A stretch of 64,000 bases of DNA, taken from contig CAVZQN010000004.1 of the NCBI GenBank assembly GCA_963777505.1, forward strand, positions 960,001 to 1,024,000. The letters run 5' to 3'. Position 1 is the stretch's first letter. Every line of letters begins with the position of its first letter. The translations under genes and the position numbers were made by a program. Shown piece by piece: positions 8,873 to 19,112 of this stretch. Below the pieces are notes generated by a model. The model did no database searches and was not told the DNA's origin. It was given only the letters and a program-made list of their open reading frames with translations. The stretch comes from an uncultured bacterium. GTDB lineage: Bacteria; Acidobacteriota; HRBIN11; JAKEFK01.

Positions 8873-9778
8873 ATGAACAAGGTTGGATCAACGTCATCAA
8901 GTCCTTATACAGGTCAGATTCCAGGTGCCGAAACAAACGAGAAAATCAAAAGCCCGGCGCAATCACCCGCTGAATCTCCAATAACGCTAGATAAGAGCGT
9001 CAAACAAGAAGCTAAAACACGCGAAAGTGATTCTGATTTGCAGGCATCAGTTCGGAAAGAAACTTTGTTTGCTCAAGTAGATAAGCCCAAAACCGGAGGC
9101 GCAAGCGAAGCAAAATTCGTTGAAAGAAACTTAAAGAGCGATGCAGAGGTTAGAAAATTTGCCACTGAAAAAGCTTTTCCCGCAATTATGAAAGGGCTGG
9201 AGAAATCAGGTTTAGGAACCACCGAAGAAACCTGTAATCTTGCAGCAGGAATGCTCATGACGGCATTGAAAAAACAAGGAATCGAAGGAGCAAAGATCCG
9301 TTTCACAGCCAATCATGCATTCGTTGAAGTTCCTACAAAAAAGGGAACATTGATTCTCGATCCGACTGCAGGTCAGTTTTTTAAAGAAGGAAGTGAAATC
9401 AAATCAAAATTGAAAGCAGAAGGTTTTGTTGGAACGAAAGAAGAATTAAAAAAGACGATCCGTGAAAATATTATGGATTGGAAACATGAGTCGAATTTAG
9501 AGTTCCATCCAAACGTAGTAAAAGTAATTCAGGGAGAACGAATGGATAAGGAAAGTACCAGGGTTGCGGAAGCGCAAATCGACGACTTAGCTCATGTTGC
9601 TGAATTACGATATTTTTCAGGAGTAGATTATAGCGGCCCCGGTGATGACGCGATCAAGCAACACGAATGGTATGAAAAGGGCGACTTGGATCAGCCTTTC
9701 ATTAATAAGCTCAAGTCCGACATGGGCCCAACATTAAAGACCGCATATGAAACGATGGAGAAGGAACTGCTGAAATAA
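8873..9778 (+). CDS. Transglutaminase/papain-fold protein with low-complexity N-terminus
   Basis: RBS GGAGG; putative Cys-His-Asp triad TCNLAAG...NHAFVEV...ILDPTAGQF. Confidence 0.65.
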   Translation: MNKVGSTSSSPYTGQIPGAETNEKIKSPAQSPAESPITLDKSVKQEAKTRESDSDLQASVRKETLFAQVDKPKTGGASEAKFVERNLKSDAEVRKFATEKAFPAIMKGLEKSGLGTTEETCNLAAGMLMTALKKQGIEGAKIRFTANHAFVEVPTKKGTLILDPTAGQFFKEGSEIKSKLKAEGFVGTKEELKKTIRENIMDWKHESNLEFHPNVVKVIQGERMDKESTRVAEAQIDDLAHVAELRYFSGVDYSGPGDDAIKQHEWYEKGDLDQPFINKLKSDMGPTLKTAYETMEKELLK

Positions 9779-9845
9779 CTGTTTTCTTTCGACGAAGAAG
9801 TTGTTGCTTTGCCTGGCGGGCATATAGTAGTTACAATATTGCTCC

Positions 9846-11675
9846 ATGTGTGGAATCGTCGGGTATATCGGGAAGAAGGAAGTTGTTCCAGTTTTAATCG
9901 ATAGCTTAAAGCGATTGGAATATCGCGGCTACGATTCAGCAGGTATTGCTGTAGTAAATGATGGCGAATTGGTTATTCGCCGTGCCGCTGGCAAACTTAC
10001 CAATCTTGAAGATGTCTTAAAGACGAATCCCGTGCGTGGTCTATACGGAATTGGACATACGCGCTGGGCTACACATGGGCGTCCAACCGAAGAGAATGCC
10101 CATCCTCATCGTGATTGTAAGAATCGCATCGTCGTTGTTCATAACGGCATCATTGAAAATTATCTTGAGTTGAAGCATGCGCTGATAAAAGATGGCCATC
10201 GTTTTGTAACTGAAACCGATACGGAAATCGTCGCGCATTTAATCGAAAAATATTACGAAGGCAATTTACAAAAAGCAGTTTTGAAAGCGTTTGCGGAAAT
10301 TCGTGGCGTTTATGCGATCGTGGCTTTAAGTGTCGATGAGCCCAACATGATTATTGGAGTGCGGAATGGCCCTCCACTCGTAATTGGAATTGGAAAGGAT
10401 GAATATTTTATTGCGAGTGATGTTTCTGCGCTATTGCAGCATACGCGGGAATTTATTTTCCTGGACAATCAGGAAATGGCAATCATTAGTCCGGAAGGTT
10501 CACGCATCGTATCGCTCAATGGTGAGGCCGTGAACCGTGAACCGCACCAGGTTAATTGGGATCCTGTTCAAGCTGAAAAAGGTGGATATAAACATTACAT
10601 GCTCAAAGAAATTTTTGAGCAGCCCCGCGCGATTCGTGAAACAATTGTCGATCGATTTTCACTCGAATCAGGCAAAATTCATCTGAATGGATTTCAATTC
10701 AGTGAAGCAGATCTTGCTGCAGTCCAAAAAATTAATCTAATCGCTGCCGGAACTTCATGGCATGCGGCACTTGTTGGTAAATTCTTACTGGAAGAACTGA
10801 CGCGTATTCCTACTGAAGTCGATATCTCTTCCGAATTTCGATATCGCAAGCCAATCATTCAACCCGGAACGCTTACAGTTGCAATTACTCAATCTGGTGA
10901 AACGGCAGATACGATTGCTGCGATTCGTGAAGCAAAAAAACTTGGCTCATTAACTTTGTCGATTACGAATGTTGCAGAAAGTATGATTGTTCGCGAAACG
11001 CAAGGTGCTTTGCTGACTCATGCCGGACCCGAAATCGGAGTTGCATCTACAAAAGCATTCACAACTCAACTCACTGCATTTTATCTTTTGGCACTCTATT
11101 TGGCTGAGCTGCGGAATACTTTGAGTGTGCAAGAACGGGTTGAAAGAATCCAGGGTCTGACAACGATTGCGAATCTTGTTGAAGCAATTTTGGAAAGACA
11201 CGAATCGCTTGAAGAAATTGCAAAGAAATATCACAACTGCACCGATTTCCTTTATCTTGGACGCGGCCTGAATTATCCAATCGCATTGGAAGGCGCTCTC
11301 AAACTGAAAGAAATTTCATATATCCATGCGGAAGGATATCCAGCCGGTGAAATGAAACATGGTCCTATTGCATTGATCGATGAGAAAATGCCTGTTGTGG
11401 CATTAATGCCGAAAGACAGACATTTTGAAAAAATCTGCAGCAATGTAAATGAAGCGCGTTCGCGTGAAGGGAAAATAATAGCCATTGCAACTGAAGGTGA
11501 AGAAAGTGTCCGTGATATCGCTCATGATGTTTTCTTTATTCCTGATACGGATCCGCTTCTGACTCCAATTTTGACTGTCATTCCTCTCCAACTCCTTGCG
11601 TATTACATTGCAATCCGCCGCGGTTGCGATGTGGATCAACCACGCAATTTGGCGAAGTCCGTAACTGTCGAGTAA
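9846..11675 (+). CDS. glmS: Glutamine-fructose-6-phosphate transaminase
   Basis: MCGIVG N-terminus, GHTRWATHG, QSGETAD, C-terminal PRNLAKSVTVE. Confidence 0.99.
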   Translation: MCGIVGYIGKKEVVPVLIDSLKRLEYRGYDSAGIAVVNDGELVIRRAAGKLTNLEDVLKTNPVRGLYGIGHTRWATHGRPTEENAHPHRDCKNRIVVVHNGIIENYLELKHALIKDGHRFVTETDTEIVAHLIEKYYEGNLQKAVLKAFAEIRGVYAIVALSVDEPNMIIGVRNGPPLVIGIGKDEYFIASDVSALLQHTREFIFLDNQEMAIISPEGSRIVSLNGEAVNREPHQVNWDPVQAEKGGYKHYMLKEIFEQPRAIRETIVDRFSLESGKIHLNGFQFSEADLAAVQKINLIAAGTSWHAALVGKFLLEELTRIPTEVDISSEFRYRKPIIQPGTLTVAITQSGETADTIAAIREAKKLGSLTLSITNVAESMIVRETQGALLTHAGPEIGVASTKAFTTQLTAFYLLALYLAELRNTLSVQERVERIQGLTTIANLVEAILERHESLEEIAKKYHNCTDFLYLGRGLNYPIALEGALKLKEISYIHAEGYPAGEMKHGPIALIDEKMPVVALMPKDRHFEKICSNVNEARSREGKIIAIATEGEESVRDIAHDVFFIPDTDPLLTPILTVIPLQLLAYYIAIRRGCDVDQPRNLAKSVTVE

Positions 11676-11700
11676 TTTTTTACCGCAGAGACCAAAGGAA

Positions 11701-11726
11701 TGAGGCGGGCACTAAGGCCCGCCTCA
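11701..11726. terminator. Hairpin terminator between convergent glmS and S8 genes
   Basis: TGAGGCGGGC-actaag-GCCCGCCTCA. Confidence 0.7.
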
Positions 11727-11740
11727 CAAAATTAAGAACG

Positions 11741-12626
11741 CTACTCAGTTACTCGGATTTCTTCGATGGTTGCGGTTGTTTGCACAACTTTGAAACTAAC
11801 ATTGGATGAGGCCGGCACGGGTCCGGCGGGGACAGTCATTATTACCTGTCCGTTTACTGAAATCACAAACGCGGTGCCATCGTATTGGAGGCCGACTGTA
11901 TAAGTGACTCCGGGATCAAGCTGGAATGGTGCGGATTTCTTGGCCACGAGTACTCCGCCGGATCTTTGCCTGAACATCACCTTGTTAAGTCGTTCCCTAA
12001 GAATCAGCGAAACGCCATTCTGTTTGTCCTGTCTCCAATCCAAAATGATTTTGTCGAATATGCCGCCGGATGACTGGAGATCTACTTCAACGGTGCACGT
12101 GCTGCAGCCGAACACTCCTGATGGACTCCATGGTAGGGGCGCGAAGACCTGCGCCCTGCTGGAGCCGGTGCAAACAAGCGCGCCGGAATTTTCCTGGCAC
12201 GAACCTTTAACGACGTCCCAATCCATTACACCATCTTCGAAGTCATCGAAAAGCAGGTATGGAATAGTTTCAAACTCGGCCGTGACTGTTGTATCGGAGC
12301 TTAAGGTCACATTGCAGATTTCGTTGTTGGCTCCCGATGTGGAATCGCATCCGGTCCAACCATCAAAAAAGGAGTTGCTATCCGGTGATGCGGTAATCGC
12401 GAAGACTGTGCCGCTGTCTGCCTGTTGACTGCAATCTCCTGATTCTGTACCAGCGGTACTGCTACAGTTGATCGTTCCGCCTGGTGTTGTGTCCACCATC
12501 GTTCCGTTTCCGGTGCCTGTGCCGGCCGTTGTGAGAATCGGGTGTAGGGTGAAGGTAGCCGTTATGGTAAGGCTGCTCTGATTCACGGCAATGTTGCATG
12601 TGTCATTTGTTATATTTGTAGTACTA
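11741..12626 (-). CDS. Frameshifted C-terminal part of the S8 protease (InlB-B-type repeat plus shared ~170-aa C-terminal domain)
   Basis: Removing one T at ~12626 joins GWTGCDSA to STTNITNDTC; contains a second TTPGGTINC...GWTGCD repeat. Confidence 0.75.
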
Positions 12627-15600
12627 AGCAGAATCGCAGCCGGTCCATCCGCCGAATTCGAAGCCGAGATCAGGTGTGGCAACGACGGCGTAGTTGGCGC
12701 TGATAGCAGTGGTTTCGGTACAGTCGTTGGATGTGATTCCTCCGGTGCTGGTGCAGTTGATCGTGCCGCCGGGTGTGGTGTCCGTCATGGTTCCGTTGCC
12801 TGCGCCGGCTCCGGCGACTGTGAGAACGGATGGAGGAGTTGTGTCGATCGTGAAAGACCACACGGTAGACCACGCGCTGAAGGCGCCCGCTGCGAACGCG
12901 CGCACGCGCCAGAAGTATGTGTTATCAGCAAGCGCGCTTCCAGGCGTGAATGTGGAGACAGCAACGTTGGTATCGATTTCCGGACTGGAGAAATCGTTGT
13001 TGTTATCTACCTGGATCTGGTATTGCGTTGCACCACCGCCGCCGGTGGAATCAGTCCAATCAAATGTCGGAGTTGAATCGTTTATTGTTGCGCCATTTGC
13101 GGGAGAAAGCAGGACCGGCACGGAAGGCGGCGCTTGAATCGTGACGAGGTCCGCGCGATCACCGGACTGGTTATAGTGATGGAGCATCAGGATATCAGCA
13201 TTCCCATCCGGCTCGCCGGAAAGATTGAAAATCCAATCGAAAGCGGTTGCGTTAAGGTCATCCACGATCGGGATCATCCGTCCGGCAACGCCGAAGAACC
13301 CCTCATTCGGGGAAAATTTTGAATTGGTCGGATCAAAGGTCAACAACGGTGTCGTATCCGTGAATACAGTCGGAGGATTCGCCAGGGGATCGTTAAAATC
13401 AAATGTCATTAGCTTGAAATCGAAAGCCTGACCAGGATCTGTTGTATTTCCGCCTGTGTATTTTACGGTCCCAGCTCCTATTAGAGTATTCCAATAGGCC
13501 GGCGTGGTTCCTGAAGCCAGGAACATCACGTTGTTGTTGAAGATGTTGGTATCCATAACAGATGGATTGATCTGCTGATACTCGGTTATGCTGAATTCTG
13601 CACCTGCCCCGGAGCCAAGAAAATTGTTGATGTCCCGGAGAAAAACCATGAAAGTATCGCGGGAGCTGGATCCGCTAACGTTCGGTCTTGCTACCATGCA
13701 CCAATCAGTGCCGTCTCCAAACGCGCCGCCGGTTCCGTCCTGATTCAGATCGAGGCATAGCCACACATGTCGCATCGCGGGTGTATCCCAGTTTCCATAC
13801 ATGGAGAGACCGAAATACGTGCGGGTGCCCCCGACCGGGACATCGCTGCTGACTCCGACATACTGTATATCACCGCCATCCCATGCGTCAGGTCCGGGAT
13901 TCACTTCTGGACTTGTGTGCAAAAGCTCATACGCGCTGACGCGGCTGCGATACGTAGTTGTGCCCGCGCCCTGGTTCACCTGAACGCCAGTGAGTGGAAT
14001 GCTGACAACTCCCGTGGACGCGCCAGTATTCACTTGTGTTGGGGAATCCATATCAGACGCCGGGCGCGGCGCAGAATAAAGTGGAACTCGTAAATCTACA
14101 GTTGCTCCGGACACAGCATCGAGTACCGCATATCCCGTTTCTTCGGTGATCCAATGACGGAAAAAGGTATCTTGCTGGGTGGCGCTATTCACATCCATGA
14201 CATGGGTCATTGCGGATGGTGTGAAAGTAGTCGTCACGGTAAAAGTATTCGTGCTCATTGCGCCCACAGTAACGGAGCTGGGACTTACACTGAAAGCAAC
14301 ACCAGTGGCATCGTTGACCGTGTCGATAGAGAGGTTATACGTCACCGAAGTCCCTGTATTGTTTTCGACCGTGATGGTTTTATTTTCTGTTTGGGGACCT
14401 GCGTTGTTCAGAAAGAGATCTCCGGCGAATGTAACTCCCACAGCTGCCGGATTATCAGTGCCGTACGCGATGACTTCTTCAGTTGTTGCGTTTTCGACAT
14501 CGACTCTGCCTGCTCCGATACGGCTCGTTCCAAACCGTGCTATCAATCCGCCCGTGACAGTGCTCAACGAAAACACGTCATGTGTTGCGGTGCTCATCAC
14601 CAGGGCTTTCAGGTCCTCAACAGACCATGTGGGATATTGTTCGCGTAGTAATGCCATAACTCCTGCTACATGCGGTGAAGCCATGGACGTTCCGCTATTG
14701 AAAGCGCCTTCATTTCCAGCACAGGTACCTGTGTAACAGGTGCGCGTTGAAAGGATATTGGATCCGGGAGCAGTAATATCGGGCTTTAGCAGCAATTCTC
14801 CGGTAAGATTTCTGCGGCGAGGTCCGCGGGACGAGAAGGCTGCAAGAATGTCCGCGGAGTTTCCTCCGTTTTCAATAAGTTGGCCTTTTGCAGTGCCGAT
14901 GAAAGGATTGATTGCAGTGCCTGAGTCCAATGCAATCATTACAACCGGAATCGTGACCGGGTCTACAGCACCGTCGTCCGCCAACGATACGGGATTATTA
15001 TCGGTGTTCACGATCACCACGGCAGTTGCGCCGGCTGTCTGGGCGTTGAAAGCTTTTAGTTTTCCGCTGCAGGTGCCCCTGTTTATGAAAGCGACATTCC
15101 CTGCAGTAAACGTTGCAAAGTCTATAGCGTTGCAACCAAGTACGTTGGTTGGCTTCTGAAGCAGTGTAAGCGCTGGCGGAGCCGTTCCTGGAATCGCAGG
15201 AGAATAATTTGACTGATGCAAAGCATAGTACCTGTTATCCACAACGTTATCTGCATTCGTGTCAACATCCAGCGCGTTGTTCAACAATCCGCTGTCCAAT
15301 GATGCGGCAACGCTGATCGATTCTGTGACGGAGCCCGGCGTGCCGGTAATGTAGTGAGTGTCGCCGGAGTTGCCGGCCGAAGTTACTACGATTACACCCA
15401 CAGCCACAGCATTGGGGATCGCTGTTTCATATCCCGCAAAGCCATAGCTTGAACCAAGTGACATATTGATCACATCGTAGTGATCGCTGAAATCATCATC
15501 GCCATTCGGGTCCACGGCACGGTCGATTGCCTGGAGAACGAGATTGGTCGATCCTGAACAACCGAAGACTTTCAGAGCTACGATCGAAGCCTCCGGCGCA

Positions 15601-16475
15601 ACACCCGGACCGATCTCGAAGCCGGCAAGAGTGGCTGGAGTGAGATTATCGTAGCCGCCAGTGTAGGTGACGCCCCCATCCACGCCGGTGCCGGCAGCGG
15701 ATCCTGCGACGTGTGATCCGTGACCGTTGCAATCGGTGGGATCCGAATCCGGAACCGGAATATTAGAGCCATTATAGCTGTCACCTGCGAAATCAAATCC
15801 ATCAATTACTTTTGCTGTGGGAAATGTAATGCCATCAGAGTTGATCACATTAGGATCTTGTCCGGTGTAATTCACAGTACCTGCGAAATTTGCATGTACA
15901 TAATCGACGCCGGTATCGATCACTGCGATTGTAATTCCATTGCCTGTGAGCCCAAGTGTCGAAAGAGTCCCGGTTGAGTCCCACACCGTGTTCGCGCCGA
16001 TAAAAGGGACGCTCGTGGAATTCTCGATATAGTGTACGGGGGCAAGGCTGACCTTTTTGACGCCTGGCAGTTTCTGAAGCTCGCGAACTTTGCTCGCGTC
16101 CACTCTGATTACGATCGCATTCAGCACGCGCTGCACTGCATATAACTCGACTGCTCCAAGTTTCGTAAAGTTCTTCCGCAGCGCATCCTGCTGAGTGCGA
16201 ATCTCTTGCATCGATTTTGCAACAGCGGTGGCAGCGGCCGCCCTCCGCGCTCCATTGCGCATCTTCTCGGCGTAAACTTGTGCCGCCGGCTTCCCCTGAA
16301 GCTCGACTAGCAGTGTCAAGTTGCCGTCCGGCGCGTTTGGCGGAACTTCCGGTTTCCCTAGCTTTACGTCTTCCGACGCGTCGTTGCGCAACTTGATGTC
16401 CTCTTGTGCAAAGCAGAGAAACGGCGCAATGATAACCAAAACAAAACAAATCAGGCGTACTTGAATTTGAAACAT
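12624..16475 (-). CDS. Secreted S8 subtilase with propeptide, PA and Fn3-like domains (continues to 11741 through a frameshift)
   Basis: Signal peptide; IDTG, HGSHVAG, SAGNSG, GTSMASP; RGTC PA-domain motif; TYFWRVRA. Confidence 0.92.
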   Translation of the reverse strand: MFQIQVRLICFVLVIIAPFLCFAQEDIKLRNDASEDVKLGKPEVPPNAPDGNLTLLVELQGKPAAQVYAEKMRNGARRAAAATAVAKSMQEIRTQQDALRKNFTKLGAVELYAVQRVLNAIVIRVDASKVRELQKLPGVKKVSLAPVHYIENSTSVPFIGANTVWDSTGTLSTLGLTGNGITIAVIDTGVDYVHANFAGTVNYTGQDPNVINSDGITFPTAKVIDGFDFAGDSYNGSNIPVPDSDPTDCNGHGSHVAGSAAGTGVDGGVTYTGGYDNLTPATLAGFEIGPGVAPEASIVALKVFGCSGSTNLVLQAIDRAVDPNGDDDFSDHYDVINMSLGSSYGFAGYETAIPNAVAVGVIVVTSAGNSGDTHYITGTPGSVTESISVAASLDSGLLNNALDVDTNADNVVDNRYYALHQSNYSPAIPGTAPPALTLLQKPTNVLGCNAIDFATFTAGNVAFINRGTCSGKLKAFNAQTAGATAVVIVNTDNNPVSLADDGAVDPVTIPVVMIALDSGTAINPFIGTAKGQLIENGGNSADILAAFSSRGPRRRNLTGELLLKPDITAPGSNILSTRTCYTGTCAGNEGAFNSGTSMASPHVAGVMALLREQYPTWSVEDLKALVMSTATHDVFSLSTVTGGLIARFGTSRIGAGRVDVENATTEEVIAYGTDNPAAVGVTFAGDLFLNNAGPQTENKTITVENNTGTSVTYNLSIDTVNDATGVAFSVSPSSVTVGAMSTNTFTVTTTFTPSAMTHVMDVNSATQQDTFFRHWITEETGYAVLDAVSGATVDLRVPLYSAPRPASDMDSPTQVNTGASTGVVSIPLTGVQVNQGAGTTTYRSRVSAYELLHTSPEVNPGPDAWDGGDIQYVGVSSDVPVGGTRTYFGLSMYGNWDTPAMRHVWLCLDLNQDGTGGAFGDGTDWCMVARPNVSGSSSRDTFMVFLRDINNFLGSGAGAEFSITEYQQINPSVMDTNIFNNNVMFLASGTTPAYWNTLIGAGTVKYTGGNTTDPGQAFDFKLMTFDFNDPLANPPTVFTDTTPLLTFDPTNSKFSPNEGFFGVAGRMIPIVDDLNATAFDWIFNLSGEPDGNADILMLHHYNQSGDRADLVTIQAPPSVPVLLSPANGATINDSTPTFDWTDSTGGGGATQYQIQVDNNNDFSSPEIDTNVAVSTFTPGSALADNTYFWRVRAFAAGAFSAWSTVWSFTIDTTPPSVLTVAGAGAGNGTMTDTTPGGTINCTSTGGITSNDCTETTAISANYAVVATPDLGFEFGGWTGCDSA

Positions 16476-16697
16476 GAATCCCCCACAGTTTGAATTTTGA
16501 TTGACGAATAAGGATGGATATGACGATGCCCGGTTTCCCGGTGACAGAAACTTCCCCCCCTTCCCAATGTGGGAAAGAGTTTACAATCTTCCCGGACGCT
16601 ATGTCAACACTTTGAAGAGGAAAATAAATTACGCCAAAGAGGATTCTTCGTTTATCATATTAGTATGTAGGTATTAGTTTATTGTACGAATAAATCT

Positions 16698-17120
16698 TTA
16701 CCGCAGAGACTCAGAGGGTTTTGCCGCTATTAGGTACAACTGGTAAGCGGTTGCAAGATAGAGCGTATCGCCGATGAGCGCCGGACGCGAATAAAGCGGG
16801 GCATCCATTTCCATTTGCGCTAACAATTCTTTTCGCCGTCCGGCACGAAGAACGGTCATGCTGCCTTCAACGTTTCCAACATAAAGCCGGTCGCCGGCAA
16901 GGAGGAGACATCCCCAGATGGCCTCGTTCGTCTCATGCTTCCAGACAAGTGCACCAGTAGCTGCGTCCAGACAATGAACTGTTCCACCCAGATCTCCAAC
17001 GTACAGCAGACCGTCCTTCACGATTGGCGTTCCCACGACCCGGCCGACCTCGCGAGAAGTCCAGAGGAGCCTGCTCTCGGTGACATCGCCTTGGCCGTTG
17101 GGATTGATCGCATGAATCAA
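16698..17120 (-). CDS. Frameshifted C-terminal PQQ-like propeller blades of the upstream gene
   Basis: An extra T in TCG-T-TTG joins HGNGPS to LIHAINPNGQGD; VHCLDAATG..VW repeats. Confidence 0.75.
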   Translation of the reverse strand: MIHAINPNGQGDVTESRLLWTSREVGRVVGTPIVKDGLLYVGDLGGTVHCLDAATGALVWKHETNEAIWGCLLLAGDRLYVGNVEGSMTVLRAGRRKELLAQMEMDAPLYSRPALIGDTLYLATAYQLYLIAAKPSESLR

Positions 17121-19053
17121 ACGAAGGACCGTTGCCGTGTCGAGGATCCTGCCCCATCGCAATGAAGATGCGGCCGTCGGCGAATACCGGTGAAGCAATA
17201 ATAGAGCTGCGCGAAAGAACGCCGGGGCGAGGAAGCCAGCGGGAGTCTTTCGGATTGCCGTCAAATCGCCAGACTTCGTGACCTGACGCCGCGTCGTAAC
17301 CGCGCAGCCAGCCATCTCCTCCACCGAAAAGTACCTGCATTCGTCCGTTGACGTTGGCTGCAACAGGGCTGGACCACTGGCCGTGCAGCACGTTTTTGCC
17401 CGGGCCGATGGCGCGCCAGACCACTTCGCCTGAGTGCTTGTTCACCGCGATCAGACTTGGGGCGCGCGGCGATGGAACAAGCGTATGACCTTCATTCTGG
17501 CCGTTAGAAGTACACACCATTAAAAGATCACCCACCGATAGCACTTCGCTGTTGGAAGCTTCGTGCGGAAAAACACCCAGGCGGCCGCACATGTCCAGTT
17601 CCCAAACGATGTCGGCAGCAGCGTCGTCTTGGAACGCCTCTTCTCGATACGGACCATTGTTCTCGCCATCGCGAAAGCCTTGCGTATCGAGGGAACGGAG
17701 TTGGCACTCGGCAGTGACATAGTACAACCGGTTCTCTTCCACATACGGCGCACTTGTAGTCGAAGGCAGCAGGAACTCCCGCAGGCCGCGCTCCACTCGC
17801 GGGGCCACATCCTGCCAAAGGAACGTGCCATCCGACATCTGAAATGCCATGAGCACGCCGGATTCTTCCTGAAAGTTTGGGTTCATTTGCCTTGCGTTGT
17901 CGGTACCGACATAGACAACATTGCCAGCAACCACGGGACGGCCAAACGTGTCATTTCCCAACTCGACGCTCCAAGCTATATTCCGTCCTGTGGCCGTATC
18001 CCAGTCAACTGGAGGATTGCCCGTTTGAGCTACCATGGTGGGGGGTTGGGGCGCGCTAGCGGGAGGCGCGGGAACAGCGGGTGAGATGACAGGCCTTCCA
18101 GACTCTATGCCTGCAATTCGATTCAAAGCCCACTCAGCTTCGTTACGAAGTGTGGGATCTTTTGCTGCTGTTTTCAACGCGTCCCGGGCCGAATGTGCTT
18201 TCGGTCCAATGCTTCCCAATGCACCGGCCGCGAAGATGCGTACGTAGAGGAATTCATCCTTCAATGCTTCGATCAACTGCGGCACAGCGGATTGCGCGGC
18301 CGGTCCGATGTTTGCGAGTGCTTCACACGCCGCCCATCGAACTCCGGGAATCGGATCGCCCACAGCTTTTGCGAGGTCCTTGGTCGCTGAGTCCGCCTTC
18401 GGACCGATGGACGCCAATGCCTCAGCTGCATAGATGCGAACGTATGGATCCCTGTGCGAAAGAGTTTTTATTAAAGCATCTACCGAAGGACTGGCCTTGT
18501 TTCCCAACGCGCCCAGGGCGCGTGCAGCATCGCCTGCGACGTAGGAATCCTCGTCGGTCAGTGCCAGTCTTAACGCCGGTTGAATCCGTTCTGTATCGGG
18601 TGCCAGATCGATCAAGGCATCAACGGCGCTGCGCCGGAAGGACGCCCACTCGTGCCGAAGCAAATCCTCCAGGAGCGGAATTGCCGGCGGACCGATCCGC
18701 CTGATGATTTCAAAAGTCGCCAGATGCAGGTCGTTATCATGCCGGTTGAGGAATTGTCTCAGCATGGGCAGCGATCGCTCCGACCCTTGGACCAGCGCCG
18801 CTTCTGCAATTGCGCGAACCTTTGGGTCGTTGGCCATCACGCGATTTGCCCACTCATCCACTTCCGCTTCGCTTGTCTGAGGCTCGGAACCGCCACCCTG
18901 CTGCTCTTCTATTTCTGCAGCACCAGATTGCACAAATACTATCGGTGAAGTCATCAGTATCATGATCAGCAACAATCTGTAAAGGAAATCGCGCGCCAAC
19001 CCGCACATATGTGCCTCCAAAGGACCTGCCACTGTTGAAGATTTACTTTGCAC
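16933..19053 (-). CDS. HEAT-repeat plus PQQ/BamB-like beta-propeller protein (frameshifted near 17120)
   Basis: VR..AA.AL..IG HEAT repeats, then NIAWSVELG, GEVVW, WSSPV and DAASG.EVW repeats. Confidence 0.82.
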   Translation of the reverse strand: MQSKSSTVAGPLEAHMCGLARDFLYRLLLIMILMTSPIVFVQSGAAEIEEQQGGGSEPQTSEAEVDEWANRVMANDPKVRAIAEAALVQGSERSLPMLRQFLNRHDNDLHLATFEIIRRIGPPAIPLLEDLLRHEWASFRRSAVDALIDLAPDTERIQPALRLALTDEDSYVAGDAARALGALGNKASPSVDALIKTLSHRDPYVRIYAAEALASIGPKADSATKDLAKAVGDPIPGVRWAACEALANIGPAAQSAVPQLIEALKDEFLYVRIFAAGALGSIGPKAHSARDALKTAAKDPTLRNEAEWALNRIAGIESGRPVISPAVPAPPASAPQPPTMVAQTGNPPVDWDTATGRNIAWSVELGNDTFGRPVVAGNVVYVGTDNARQMNPNFQEESGVLMAFQMSDGTFLWQDVAPRVERGLREFLLPSTTSAPYVEENRLYYVTAECQLRSLDTQGFRDGENNGPYREEAFQDDAAADIVWELDMCGRLGVFPHEASNSEVLSVGDLLMVCTSNGQNEGHTLVPSPRAPSLIAVNKHSGEVVWRAIGPGKNVLHGQWSSPVAANVNGRMQVLFGGGDGWLRGYDAASGHEVWRFDGNPKDSRWLPRPGVLSRSSIIASPVFADGRIFIAMGQDPRHGNGPSFDSCDQSQRPRRCHREQAPLDFSRGRPGRGNANREGRSAVRWRSGWNSSLSGRSYWCTCLEA

Positions 19054-19112
19054 TCATAGCGGAAGGCCGATCTTTTTTATCATAGCCACATAGCGTGGAG
19101 GGAGCCAGAAGA

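Noticed and set aside
11701-11726. TGAGGCGGGCAC about 25 bp after glmS as a Tn7 end
   Set aside because: It is fully explained by a terminator hairpin; no tns genes, TnsB site arrays or target duplication are visible.
12624-16475. S8 protease as the LanP of the lanthipeptide cluster
   Set aside because: It lies beyond glmS, has different GC content and a large multidomain extracellular architecture; nothing links it to the cluster.
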